Positions 1 through 13,615 of a stretch of 64,000 bases of DNA are shown here, piece after piece (position 1 is the stretch's first letter; each line of letters opens with the position of its first letter). Under the pieces are notes generated by a model, which made no database searches, was not told the origin of the DNA, and saw only the letters and a list, made by a program, of their open reading frames with translations. This DNA is from Octopus sinensis (lineage: Eukaryota). The stretch is taken from contig NC_043013.1 of the NCBI RefSeq assembly GCF_006345805.1, positions 10,726,001-10,790,000 on the forward strand, written 5' to 3'. The position numbers were made by a program, and so were the translations under genes.

Positions 1-139
1 CCTTCTTATACCTTCCCTTTTGTCAAAATTTTCCTCTCCCATCACCATCAAAAGCACATTTTGAAAATCCAAACACCATCTTGATATGATCTGAAAAAAT
101 TCGCACAGACTGGACTAGATTATTTAATTGCCTCATGTT

Positions 140-360
140 TTTGTGGTAGAATCGTGTCTATCTGAACAAAACGTTCAGCAGTATATCTTCTGATACTTCG
201 AGTTTTGAGTTCAAATTTTGCCGATGTCAACTCTATCTTTCATCATTTCAGGATGGACAAAATAACTACCAGCTGAGCATTGAGGTCGATTTAATCAATT
301 AGCCCCTCCTCTCCATACCAAAATTTCTGTCCTTGTACCAATAGTAGAAAAAAATTATTA
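140..360 (+). mobile_element. Old, diverged copy of SINE family A
   Basis: B-box-like GAGTTCAAATT plus decayed CTTTCATC..GGACAAAATAACTACCAG core, matching the intact A copies. Confidence 0.65.
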
Positions 361-425
361 ATAATATAATTTTGCTTTTTCCACATTCGAATGTATCATT
401 TCTGTGATATCTTTAGTATAAATGT

Positions 426-656
426 AATTCTTTACTACCCACAAGGGGCTGAACACAGCGGGGACAAACAAGGACAGACGAACGGATTAAGTCGATTATA
501 TAGACCCCAGTGCGTAACAGGTACTTAATTTATCGACCTCGAAAGGATGAAAGGCAAAGTCAACCTCGGCGGAATTTGAACTCAGAACGTAACGGCAGAC
601 GAAATACGGCTACGCATCTCGCCCGGCGTACTAATGATTCTGCCAGCTCACCGCCT
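426..656 (-). mobile_element. Full-length tRNA-derived SINE family A with 17-bp TSD
   Basis: Minus strand GGCGGTGAGCTGGCAGAATC..GAGTTCAAATTCC (A/B boxes) and core GCCTTTCATCCTTTCGAGGTCGATAAATTAAGTACC (resembles the Meta-domain SINE core). Direct repeat ATCTTTAGTATAAATGT at 409-425 and 657-673. Confidence 0.92.
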
Positions 657-1440
657 ATCTTTAGTATAAATGTTCGTTCAAATAGATACAGAGAACACTG
701 TATTACATATTCAACATGCCAGGTTATGCAAGCCCCATGGTGACGATAACAGTAAGACATCTCAGTTGATGTGATATTTGCATGAGGTTATCTTGGCAGA
801 ATTGAATAATCCAATGGATTCCATAGTGTCTATCGGTCTCCTGTTTTGAAATGTTTAAACGAAAACTATGGCAAACTTCCAGTTCAATTCTTAGAGATAA
901 TTTTAATCAAAATATCGCAATAATATATGTTATAATGTACAACGCCGCATCCCTCAAATGACAAGAAAACCTCCAAAATTAAATTCAGATCAGCTTTATC
1001 AGGGCTGATACGAACACACATGCGAACATATGGAGCAGCAGCAACAACAATAGCAGAAACAGATGCGTGTATGAGTGTGTATGATATATGTGTGTATACG
1101 TGCGTTTGTGTGTAAAAGTATAGACGAGCAAAGAACTGGTATTGGGCCAGATTATGGCATTTATATATTTATGTAATACATGGGGAGAAACATGCTTTAA
1201 GGAGTTTAAATCACAAGAGATCGGTAAAAAGTTCCATCAAGGAATGTTCATTATGGTAACGAGATATACTTGTACTTCCCGGATGCATATTCATACATAC
1301 ATACATACACAAATACATACATACATACATACATACATACATACATGCATACATACACACAAACGTACATATGCATACACACACACACATACACACAAAT
1401 ATATATATATACGCACACATACACATACACATAAGATAAA

Positions 1441-1694
1441 AATAAATGCGCCCTTTTAAAGCCTAGCCAGGCTCATGGGCCCGGTTTCCCGGTTTCTATG
1501 GCGTATGTGTTCCCCAGATGGACGGGACGCCAGTCCATCGCAGCGTTACTCATTTTTGCCAGCTGAGTGGACTGGAGTAACGTGAAATGAAGTGTTTTGC
1601 TCAAGAACAGAACGCGTCGCCCGGTCCAGGAATCGAAACCGCAATCTTACGATCATGGTGCTGACACCCTAGCCACTAAGTCAAGCGCCTCCAC
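1441..1694 (-). mobile_element. tRNA-derived SINE family D
   Basis: Minus strand GTGGAGGCGC..AGTGGCTAGGG..GGTTTCGATTCC head and TGCGATGGACTGGCGTCCCGTCCA (V-domain-like) segment. Near-identical copy at 5147-5397. Confidence 0.88.
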
Positions 1695-1910
1695 ATACAT
1701 ATATATGTATACACACTTTTATATATATGTATGTACGTCTGAATGTATGTATGTATGTATGCATGCATGCATGTATGTATGTATGTATGCATGTATGTAT
1801 GTATGTATGTATGTGTGTATCAGGTGGCCCGGGCTAATTTTTGGCCGAAAACGTATCAGTTTTACGTCTGTCTGTCTGTTCTCTATATGTATGTTCTGTA
1901 TATGTATGTG

Positions 1911-1985
<75 letters not shown>

Positions 1986-2380
1986 AGTAAAAGCAAAATA
2001 GTCAAAAGGAAGAGTAAGTTTAGGCAGATTTTTAATCAGTACAAATGTTTCGATACATACAGATCCTCGCATAGACAGGATTAAAAGTGGAGTATAAATT
2101 AAATTATGTATCGATTTACCTGTATAAGAAAATCTATATGTATCTCCTCAGGCGATACTCAGCTGCCGTCTCCGTAAGTAAATCTAGATTTCCACGCTAC
2201 AACATCCGTGGGTTCTTCTTTGAAGTTCTTTTACTTTTTACTTTGTATTTTCACACACGATGAATACCTAAGACTAGAATTGATAGCATACCATAAGAAT
2301 ACTGCCGGCTATTTGGGAATTCTAAGGGTGAACGAGCTCTATTTGCACTCTTATACGTTCTTAACAGAACACACCTCAGC
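1986..2380 (-). mobile_element. Short non-coding element in a (TA)n tract carrying a hammerhead motif (probable Penelope-like terminal repeat)
   Basis: Unique sequence flanked on both sides by (TA)n; contains the hammerhead fold at 2035-2156. Confidence 0.55.
2035..2156 (-). ncRNA. Type I hammerhead ribozyme motif
   Basis: AUCGC-CUGAGGA-GAUACAUAUAGAU..AUCUGUAUGUAUC-GAA-ACAUUUGU-A-CUGAU: intact core, 13-bp stem II, GUA site. Confidence 0.72.
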
Positions 2381-2411
2381 TATATATATACATATATATA
2401 TATATATATCT

Positions 2412-2738
2412 GAGACCCTCTTCGGTCATGACTGACCATGAGATTGCATCTGGAAAGTCACTCTCCCAGGCACAAGTCCGGGCAATGTTGTTTATGGAAG
2501 ACCAGCAGTCGCCCATGCATACCAGCCTCCCCTCTCCACGCTATCAGTGTTATCCAAGGGAAAGGCAAAGGGGCGATACAGCTTGGCACCTGAGACGTCG
2601 CAACTCATTTCTGCAGCTGAGTGAATTGGAGCAACGTGAAATAAAGGGTCTTGCTCAAGAACGCAACACGCAGCCGGCTCCGGGTTTCGAACTCACAACG
2701 ATCGTAAGCTCGACGCTCTAACCACTCTGTCATGCGCC

Positions 2739-2742
<4 letters not shown>
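2412..2742 (-). mobile_element. tRNA-derived SINE family E
   Basis: Minus strand GAAGGCGCATGACAGAGTGGTTAGAGC..GTTCGAAACC head; middle shared with family D; distinct 3' tail also seen at about 43180-43260. Confidence 0.8.
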
Positions 2743-2769
<27 letters not shown>

Positions 2770-2771
<2 letters not shown>

Positions 2772-2927
2772 CGACCCCAGTGCCTAACTGGTACTTAATT
2801 ATTCGACCCCGAAAGGATGAACGGTAAAGTCGACCTCGGCGGAATTTGAACTCAGAATGTAACGGCAGACGAAATACGGCTACGCATTTCGCTCGGCGTG
2901 CTAACGGATCTGCCAGTTCGCCGCCTT
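2770..2927 (-). mobile_element. SINE family A, 3'-truncated
   Basis: Head and core match 426-656. Confidence 0.85.
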
Positions 2928-3461
2928 AGGCTGATAAATATGTAGCGATGTGTGGTGTGTGTGTGTGTGTGTGTGTGTTGTAATGAGAACACATTCATGT
3001 TCTAGTTTTTTATCCTTATATTCAGTCTTTCGTCTTCTTTTCCATGTGAATTTCTCGCTGTTTGCTCGGAACGGTGAAGAGAATGAACCGTTAATATAAT
3101 TATTTATAAGTTTGCAGAGCTTTCGTTAAATATTGCATTGCATCTGTACAAATATGTATCAATTTCATTACTCACCTACTAATGCGCAATTGGCATTTAA
3201 TTGAAGTAGCTACTAGCGGAAGCTTGAATATTATGCAAATTAGATTTACAAATCCGTTGATAATTACGTATAGTATAAGGTATACAAGATAAGTGACGAA
3301 GATTCCAATTACAATCAAAACCCTCGCCAGATAATCTCCAGTCTTTCTGTCCACAGAGAAATACATGAACGTGACACTTTAAATAGATAGAAACTTGACG
3401 TTTTAGCATTCGTCTGTGAATATATTTACCGGTATTATACGCAGCTTCGCTTAAATGTTTA

Positions 3462-3623
<162 letters not shown>

Positions 3624-3743
3624 TTAGACAAACAAACTGAGAGACAGATACACATATAGACAGAAAATGCTACTTGCCACATACAGACTACCGCAAGTCA
3701 GCCCCGAAGGACAGCTGAAAACTTCACCTACAGCTTGAGTGTC

Positions 3744-4112
3744 ATTTCTTATTTCTTTACTGCCCACAAGGGGCTACACACAGAGGGGACAAACAAGGAT
3801 AGACAAACGGATTAAGTCGATTATATCGACCCCAGTGCGTAACTGGTACTTAGTTAATCGACCCCGAAAGGATGAAAGGCGAGCTGGCAGAAACGTAAGC
3901 ACGCCGGGCGAAATGCTTAGCTGCATTTCGTCTGACTTTACGTTCTGCGTTCAAATTCCGCCGAGGTCAATTTAGCCTTTCATCCTTTCATCGATGAAAT
4001 AAGTACCTGTTACACACTGGGACGGTGTGACTAATCCCTTGTCTGTGAATGTTTGTCTTTGCCCCCTCCTTGTTGCCCCCTCTTTAGCCCCTTGTAGGCA
4101 ATAAAGAAATAA
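3744..4112. mobile_element. Two SINE A copies fused in inverted orientation
   Basis: Partial minus copy 3744-3880 runs directly (GATGAAAGGCGAGCTGGCAG) into a plus copy 3878-4112. Confidence 0.8.
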
Positions 4113-4439
4113 GTATACCGAAAGCTGTAATCTACAGCGAGCTCAGCAAGACTAAAAGAAATAGAGGAGCTCACAGAAGAGTATAAACGAAATGAAGCTA
4201 GTCCCCACAGGGTGAGAGGGAGTCGTAGCACGGAATGAGGTGTGGCGTGACCGCATAAAAACTGTAGCTAGCAATTTTTGAGGAGACCTGGGCAATTGCG
4301 GTGGATGAGAAACAGTAAGGAAAAATTTATCGTCATATCTGATGAAATCCTATAATTTTTCCCAAAGTGCGTAAAAGCCTGTCGTTCAAAGATCACTTAA
4401 TATGGCCACTTTTACTGGACCGCAAATTTACAGGGACGA

Positions 4440-4810
4440 AAGCACACCAGCAACGGTTGTCCAACGGAGGTGGGGTACAAACACCAACATAAAGGTGCAC
4501 GCGCACACACAAAAACAAACACATACACACACACACACACTCACACTCTGACACACACACATATTCATAGAGGTTCTTTCAGTTTCCATCTGCCAAAAGT
4601 ACAGTCTAGCTTTGGGCAACCCGAAGCTATTGTAGAAAACACTTGTCCAAGATGAAATGCAGTGGGATTGAACTTAAAACCATTTGGTTGGAAAACAAAT
4701 TTCGTATCACACAGCCATGCTTGAGCAAATAGCAAGGTAACTAAGTGGGATTGAAACCAGAACCATATGGCTGGCTAGCAAGCTCCTACCACACAACCAC
4801 GCTTGTGCCT
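4440..4810 (-). mobile_element. Diverged SINE family B
   Basis: Matches intact B copies (CTTTCAGTTTCC..ACACTTGTCCAAG..CAGTGGGATTGAAC..ACACAGCCA), with a duplicated 5' part. Confidence 0.7.
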
Positions 4811-4954
4811 ATACAATTATGAATGCAGTCATCACGACTATGCTGTTGTAGGTACAACATGTTCTTTGTCTATCTCCTTAACTTCTTGGAGATTTTATGT
4901 ATAATTATACTAATGTATCCATCTGTTCTAATTTAATTAAATTCTATGTCTTTT

Positions 4955-5041
4955 TGCTGCTGAAGATTGCTCTACATTTTAAATTGATGTAATGATTGCA
5001 TTATTCAGTTAAATGGAGTTGCATGAAACGATCGTACTGCA
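4955..5041 (+). ncRNA. Type I hammerhead ribozyme motif
   Basis: UGCUG-CUGAAGA-long imperfect stem II-GAA-ACGAUCGU (palindromic stem III)-A-CUGCA; GUA site; (TA)n about 65 bp downstream. Confidence 0.62.
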
Positions 5042-5102
5042 TTACTTCTTGATATCCTTGCTGCTTATTTTGATATCTATCTATCCATCTGTCTGTCTCT
5101 CT

Positions 5103-5146
<44 letters not shown>

Positions 5147-5150
<4 letters not shown>

Positions 5151-5397
5151 AATAAATGCGCCCTTTTTAAAGCCTAGCCAGGCTCATGGGCCCGGTTTCT
5201 ATGGCGTATGTGTTCTCCAGCTGGACGGGACACCAGTCTATCGTAGCGTTACTCATTTTTGCCAGCTGAGTGGCCTGGAGCAACGTGAAATGAAGTGCTT
5301 TGCTCAAGAACACTACGCGCCGTCCGGTCCAGGAATCGAAACCACAATCTTGCGATCATGATGCTGACACCCTAACCACTAAGCCACGCGCCTCCAC
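5147..5397 (-). mobile_element. SINE family D
   Basis: Near-identical to 1441-1694. Confidence 0.88.
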
Positions 5398-5844
5398 ACA
5401 CACACACACATACATATATATATACATACACACACACATATATACATACACACACATATATAAGCACAGGCACACATATACACACATTTACACATCAACA
5501 GAGACGCTCACTCTCACACAGAGAAGTGTAAGATAGCTACAGTATGTCTGAAAAGACGGGATAGCCAATATGAGGATATGTTTCATGCGAGATCTGCTCA
5601 GTTTGGGTTGATCTGGCGGGTAAAAAAAAAGAGACAAAAACTAAAAGACAAAAAAAAAACGAAAGCAATATAAATAAATAAGATCAACAAAAACCAACAG
5701 TTATTTATCATTCCCTGCTGTGGGCCCGTCGCCATGACAGTAATACTATCGAACAATTTGCTGCATTGTATACAAATCAAACAGACGGAAGTGATATAGA
5801 GCAAAGAACAATAAGTTTATGATATATGATAAAGAAAGAAATGT

Positions 5845-5907
<63 letters not shown>

Positions 5908-6359
5908 CAGAAAGGAAGAGAGAAAGAGATATACGGGGAGACACGAAAAGAAAGAGATGGGGGAGAGTGTGTGCGAGGGAAATGGTGGATGTGCAGGAAT
6001 GCGGCTGGATGAAAAATGAATGTTAAGTTGGGCGAGTTATGAACAACTTTCCTGAAATCTTACTAAGGAAATATTCCGCAGAATTTACGACACTATATAG
6101 AACATTGGAAAAATGGTAAATGTATAACTTCCGGATAACAAACATCACAACGTAGCGGGCTGTTTGAAGGTCGTATTTACTTTGGTTGCAATGAATGTGT
6201 TTGTAAATTGATAACGAAACCAAACGGGACTCAAAAAGATATACTTCAACAGCTCCGTAGATACATGTGAGTCTGCGCGAGTCTGCGCGAACGTGGTCGC
6301 ACACCAAGACGCATATATACGCACAGAGACGGGGGCCACCCGCCATATATGTTTATAGA

Positions 6360-6794
6360 TACGTTTATAAATCATATATGATATACATTCATATATATAT
6401 ATATATATATATAAATACAAACCTTATATAGATGTGTAATTAATACATGTCACAAATCATCATATATATGTATGTGTATATATGTGTGTATATACATATA
6501 CATGTAAATATACATATATATACATGTATATATATACATGTATATACATATATATATACACGTATATATATATATATGTATATACATATATAAATATACA
6601 TATATATATATACATGTATATATATATACACATATATAAATATACATATACATATGTATGGATATATATATACATACATGTTTATATATGCATAAAGTCA
6701 AAGATATTATGTATATGTATGATGTACTTATGTAGATAAATATGGGTTGTTCCAAAAACGAAATAATATATATATGTAAATAATATATATAACA

Positions 6795-6843
<49 letters not shown>

Positions 6844-6959
6844 ATATATATATAATATATATTATAATATATATATATATCATATGATATGTTTAGATTC
6901 GGTCCGATTATGTATATATATACAACAACATTATAATAATATATATATATATATATATA

Positions 6960-6994
<35 letters not shown>

Positions 6995-7100
6995 ACAAAG
7001 AGAGTAAGAGAGAGGTAGATAGACAGAGTTTGGTAGATATATATTATACATACACACACTCGCATATGTATATATATATTTCACATCTCTATATATAGTC
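6360..7100. repeat. Compound (TA)n/(TACA)n microsatellite block
   Basis: Directly visible dinucleotide-type repeats. Confidence 0.9.
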
Positions 7101-7111
7101 AATTTTATTCT

Positions 7112-7302
7112 TCTTCTATTTGTTTCAGGCATTTGACTGCGGTTATGCTGGAGCAGCGCCTTTTGTCGAACAAATCGACCCCAGGACTTATTTCTTGCTA
7201 ACCCAGTACTCATGGTATCGGCCTCTGTTGTCGAACAGCTAAGTTACGGTGACGTAAACACACTAACATCGGTTGTCAAGCGGTGGTGGGGGAAACACAA
7301 AC
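7112..7302 (-). mobile_element. 3' half of SINE family B
   Basis: TGTTTCAG..GCTGGAGCA..CAAATCGACCCCAGGACTTA..GACGTAAACA..CGGTTGTCAAG. Confidence 0.8.
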
Positions 7303-7515
7303 ACTGAGAAAAGCTCTGTCCAAGAACAACACCTCTCACTACCTTGAAGAGTGCTCATTATCAAACTGCCCCATCAATGACCCTGAATTGTGCCAGAAGA
7401 CCTATGTTGTGTATGAGATCATCTGTTGCAAATGTGGCGCGTCCTACAGAGGAAGCACGGAAAGAAAACTGTATATACGCATTAAGGGACACATACAGGC
7501 AGACACTTCCGTAGA
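7303..7515 (+). pseudogene. Penelope-like element GIY-YIG endonuclease fragment
   Basis: Translation CSLSNCPINDPELCQKTYVVYEIICCKCGASYRGSTERKLYIRIKGH shows the Cys linker plus VVY..C..C..Y(I)G.T.R.L..R..EH pattern. Confidence 0.8.
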
Positions 7516-7611
7516 GAAACAAGATTTTACAGAATATAATATAACTAATTTTTGTATTATTCTATTTATTGTACTAACAAATTATTTACTACTATTATTA
7601 TTTATAACCTA

Positions 7612-8006
7612 CTAGCAGTATCGCCCGGCGTTGCTCGGGTTTGTAAGGGAAATAACTATATAAGCATTTTTAGAGATGTAAAGTATAATAGCCATCTCAG
7701 TATGGCTAACCACAAGGGGTGGGGTGTTACTGTAGCTTTTTACGTTCTGAGATTTAATAATAAATTTTTAGAGAGTTACTTCCCTTATATATGCCAAAAA
7801 TGTATTAAAAATATGAAAAATTGATGGTGATTTTTTTTTAATCGTAGACTCATCGTAGACGCGCGCTAATACCCAGAAGGGCTCGATATGAATCACGACT
7901 ATAAGATACCCGGTTTTGGTTAAACGGCACCTCAAAATGTGGGAGTAGTTAGGAATCTAAATCGTAGGAGACAGACAGCACACAACTTCTCTTTTATATA
8001 TAAAGA
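7612..8006 (-). mobile_element. Non-autonomous Helitron
   Basis: Minus strand starts TC(TTTATATATAAAAG) and ends CTAG, with hairpin CCCGAGCAACGCCGGG just upstream; inserted between A and T with no TSD. Confidence 0.88.
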
Positions 8007-8311
8007 TGTTCAAATATAATTATTTATTAATAATATAAAAATGAATTCTTTTAAAGTGCAAAAAATAATTTGAGATATTTTAAAATTTTTAATAGAACTT
8101 ACAAATAATAAAAAATAGAAGTTATAACTTGTAAAAAAAAATTTAGCTTTAATAAAAGTTGATATTTTCTAAATCAAAATATATTATTTGATATTTTATC
8201 CGTAGCTCCAATATTTTACGTAAAAATTTTCTTGTTCTGTACTTTTCCAGATTTATAATCTTAAGAATATTATTCCTCTTGCTCGCATTTTCCTATGTAA
8301 CATATATATAT

Positions 8312-8513
8312 ATTCTTTTATTCTTTTATTTGTTTCAGTAAGTTGACTGCTGCCATGCTGGAGCACCACCTTTAGTCGACGAAATTGACCCCGGGACTTA
8401 TTCTTTGTAAGCCTAGTACTTATTCTATCGGACTCTTTTGCCGAACCGCTACGTTACATCAGTTGACATGTGATGGGGTGGAACAAACACACACATACAC
8501 ACACATATGTATG

Positions 8514-8550
<37 letters not shown>

Positions 8551-8694
8551 GACGAATTTTTTAAAGTTTCTGTCTACCAAATCCACTCACAAGGCTTTGG
8601 TCGGCCCGAAACTATAGTAAAAGACACTTGCCCATGTTTCCACGCAGTGGCACTGGAACCAGAACCATGTAGTTGGGAAGCCATGCCTGCGCCT
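8312..8694 (-). mobile_element. SINE family B with internal (TA)n
   Basis: Same head, internal microsatellite and (AAAAGAAT)-type tail as other B copies. Confidence 0.85.
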
Positions 8695-9086
8695 ACTGTG
8701 AATCAAAGCAGCAAGAGAATAGATAAATACAAAGCCTATAGATGTAGCTACGATAGAAATATTCAGTATGGAAACACAAATTATTCCAAGCTTTTGATAT
8801 ACGAAAATACAGTTTAGGGATCTTTCTGATGGAGAATTTCATTGTTTACTGAGCTCTCTCACAGAAAACGTGCACAGTTACCTTTTTAATCATTAGCTTA
8901 GAACATTCTGCTACAACAAAAACCAGTTAGAAGTTAGCCTTTCTAGTGGCCTTTCAACAAAACCTGAAAGTTTTGGGGAGAGCGTTAGTCGATAACATCG
9001 ACCCCTGCAGTCAACTGCCAGTTATTTTATTGACCCTAAAAGCATGAAAGGCAAGTCGACCTTAGCAGAATTTGAACTCACGAACG

Positions 9087-9300
9087 TGAAGACGGTTTCA
9101 CAATTTTGTCCATAAATTCTACACTTATCACTTTCTGATGCGTTGTCTAGTTTGTATTTGATGTAATTAGTTCTTAATGTTTGCTCTTGGGTAGCACAGA
9201 TTAGAGCCTCCGTTTTCGTTTTTAAATCATTTTTAGTCATCTATAGCCATCTTTTTTCTCAACATCCCTATGAAATTGTCCATGCATTCTTTTCAGTTTC
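9087..9300 (-). pseudogene. Non-LTR retrotransposon fragment, R4/Dong-like region upstream of the CCHC/REL domain
   Basis: KRMHGQFHRD.. then MTKNDLKTKTEALICATQEQTLRTNYIKYKLDNASESDKCRIYGQNCETV, matching the MHGQF..LK.ETE.LI.AAQEQAL.T..DKCR.C...ET motif. Confidence 0.75.
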
Positions 9301-9357
9301 ATTCATTCTCAAATCCTTGTACAGTGCTCCATCTTACACATCATCATCATCATCACC

Positions 9358-10621
<1,264 letters not shown>

Positions 10622-10623
10622 CG

Positions 10624-10667
<44 letters not shown>

Positions 10668-11398
10668 TAAATGTGGTGAGCAGGCAGTATCATTACCGCA
10701 CCGGACAAAATGTTTAGTGGCATTAAATTCTGCGTTCAAATTCTGCCGATGTCTTCCTTGTCGCTTATATCTCAGAGACAATAAAACAAATTTCAGTATG
10801 AGTACTGGAAGCGATATATTTGACTTCCGTTTCCATAAAAATTATTAGTTTTGTGGCAAATATTTTTTTATTGATTTCTAGAGTGGATAAGAAAAAAAAA
10901 ATGCCAAAATCGATGCCAGCGGGAATTGAACCTGAAATGATATTAACTAATGAATGCTATTTATACATTTACACAAGCTTTCACCCCCCACCCTGACATT
11001 TTAATCAATAAAAAGACGAAGATATAAACAAATGAATGAATAAATAAGTAAATAAATAAATAAAAGTTCCTTGAGCTAAACAATGGACTTGGTTTCATCA
11101 TTGTAGTGTTTATGGCGGTTTGATTGAGACCACAGAAATATATCTACCATATTATCTTTATTTAAACAGAATCCTCTACGGAAAGGAAAACCATCTTCAT
11201 CAAGTGATGTTAATCAAAGAAAGAGTATCTTTTGCCTCAATCTTCTATTGAAACATCCAGGTCGTACTATTTACATAGTCTTTGTTTTGTTTTAATTTTT
11301 GCTTTCCTTTTTCTTTCCTCAGTATCCTTTACACATACACACATACACACACACACACATGTTACACCATTTTGTTCGCTTATTTCTGTTTCTTTTCT

Positions 11399-11429
<31 letters not shown>

Positions 11430-11906
11430 TCCTTCTGTTTACGACATTATCATATCGTCCATCATGGCCGAAAACAGCATTAAGTAGCGAGGAGTAAAAC
11501 GAACTAATATGTTTCTACGGATCAATGCAATCTTTTGTAAGTTTTGGAGCGATTGAAAAAGGCCCGCGTAATCTAATAACAGTAATGTTGTTTAAAGTAG
11601 CTTTAGACTATTACAAGTGTAAAATTAGTCGATGAGGCGTCATACAGGCTACCAGATGATCTTATCAACATATTTACTCTCTCTGTTGTTTCTCTCCATC
11701 AGCACAATGAGAACCAAGATGTCTGCCACTTTTTTTCTGATGTCATAACAGTCCTATCGAACTGATTTAGAGCCTCCGTGGTCAATATTTCGCTAATAAG
11801 AAACGAGACTGCGCCAGCGAGGGTGCTTCTTCGTTGCCACTCTACTAACTAGAAATAGTGACTAAATCCCTCAATTTACCCATTCTCGTCTTCAAATAAA
11901 AGAATG

Positions 11907-12325
11907 GGATCTTTTCGGTTTGAACGGCAGCTTTTAACATAATTTCTAGGTAACTAAAAAATTTTAAACTTCGTATACTGGTAGAATGTGCTTATAAAAC
12001 ATCTTTTTCTCTTGGCTTTATTGAGAAAATTCTATAGTTTGTAAGATATGTGTTGTTTTTTTCTTCTTCAATTTCTGCAAATTCAACCAATCAATGATGT
12101 CCATTGAGGTAAAAAACATTCCGTGCCGTATGAATATGTCCTTCGTTTAAGAAACAGATTGTGTTTATTTATATTTGGGAATAAAAAAAGATACCCTTCC
12201 CCCCACCCCTAACCCTAACTCTAAAACAGATTGAAATGCAATAGATCGATAATAGGGTCATACTTATGGGTGACAATTTCATATGACACTGCTAGAAAAA
12301 ACTGCCGTTGAAACCGAAAAGATCC
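11907..12325. mobile_element. MITE with 24-bp TIRs and 8-bp TSD, Merlin-like
   Basis: GGATCTTTTCGGTTTGAACGGCAG ... CTGCCGTTGAAACCGAAAAGATCC; TSD AAAGAATG at 11899-11906 and 12326-12333. 5'-GG termini with an 8-bp TSD fit Merlin. Confidence 0.88.
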
Positions 12326-12818
12326 AAAGAATGCATTACATAATGATGTCTTATAAACAACAAATTAGAGGATAGCCACGTCTTGATTATAGTAGACCTG
12401 GGGGTAAAGCACCAATGAAAAACAATAGCAACTATATATAAGATTCCGGACAGATAGATTTTTTTTCGCGGTTTCATTCCCGCAAAGTACCATTAAATTT
12501 CCTACGAAAGTGATGCCGGCGTTACAGATTTTGAGTTCTCTCTCCACTAACATTTATGGACTATGTTTCACATCAAATACAAACATAGACGAAGTTAGAG
12601 CCGAAAAGAAAGAAATAGGTTCATGTGAAGTAATAGCCGTAAGTCATATTTTCAATAAAAATTAAAGGAGTTTCACTTGCACAAACGGTACTTTTGAGAA
12701 ACGAGCGAACACTGAATGAATAAACTTCTGAATATTGGGATGGAACTTAACATTTAACAATCTATTTTAGATATTAAACATACATCTATATATGTGTTTA
12801 TAAGTGTGTGTCTGTGTC

Positions 12819-12935
<117 letters not shown>

Positions 12936-12940
12936 TATAT

Positions 12941-13615
12941 AACTGTTCCGCTATAGCTGAAATCAAGAAAGTATCCCAGCCCGTGAGATAAATCTAATTA
13001 ATATATACAGAATTTAAAAAAAAGATGGCCTAGGGATACGATAATTTGACATGCTTACATAAAATACCATGTGTCTTCAACCATTTTTCCAGACTCAGTG
13101 AATACTGTTAGAACTATTTGAAAACCAGAACGCTGGTCTATAAAAAGAAAACATGAAAAAACTGAAGAATGTTGATGCAAAGAGTACAATAAGAAATGAA
13201 AAGGAAGAAAATCAAGATTTTCGGCCCCTTCAAGTGTAGAAATCCTAATTTTTGTAGCTGATGCAGATGATATAATGGATATGAGGCTAACGTCTTTGAG
13301 AAACCTACTCAGACCGGAGAGTGTGTGTTCCCCTGTTTAACGAAAGAAATTTATCCTTGTCCTTACATTTGCTAAAAATTTCGGTTCTGGAATTAAAGTG
13401 TTGTAGAATTCTTGAATCTAAAAAGAATGTGTGATCTTTCATCTATACATAACTTGGATATCTTTGATCAATTTATACACGGCGTAGATTTTCCCCACGA
13501 TTCTCCATTTGAATGAATGTGGTGTACAATTGGTCTTCAGATCCTACACATCGTTGGGAAGCTTATTGGCTTTATTTTGTCAATGCAGCAGAAACACGTA
13601 ATGATAAAACTGCAG
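12941..13615 (-). mobile_element. Penelope-like element 3' end (GIY-YIG C-terminus + terminal repeat) abutting (TA)n
   Basis: Frameshifted translation [44 protein letters not shown] (W.LK..W.I..C.LC..EK..LN.R.E..C pattern); decayed hammerhead at 13033-13084. Confidence 0.72.

Noticed and set aside
6039-6345. CpG-rich unique segment with short ORF MNNFPEILLRKYSAEFTTLYRTLEKW
   Set aside because: Only a faint resemblance to PLE N-termini or a promoter; too weak to call.
12207-12224. CCCTAA repeats as an interstitial telomere
   Set aside because: Only three units, and they are internal to a MITE.
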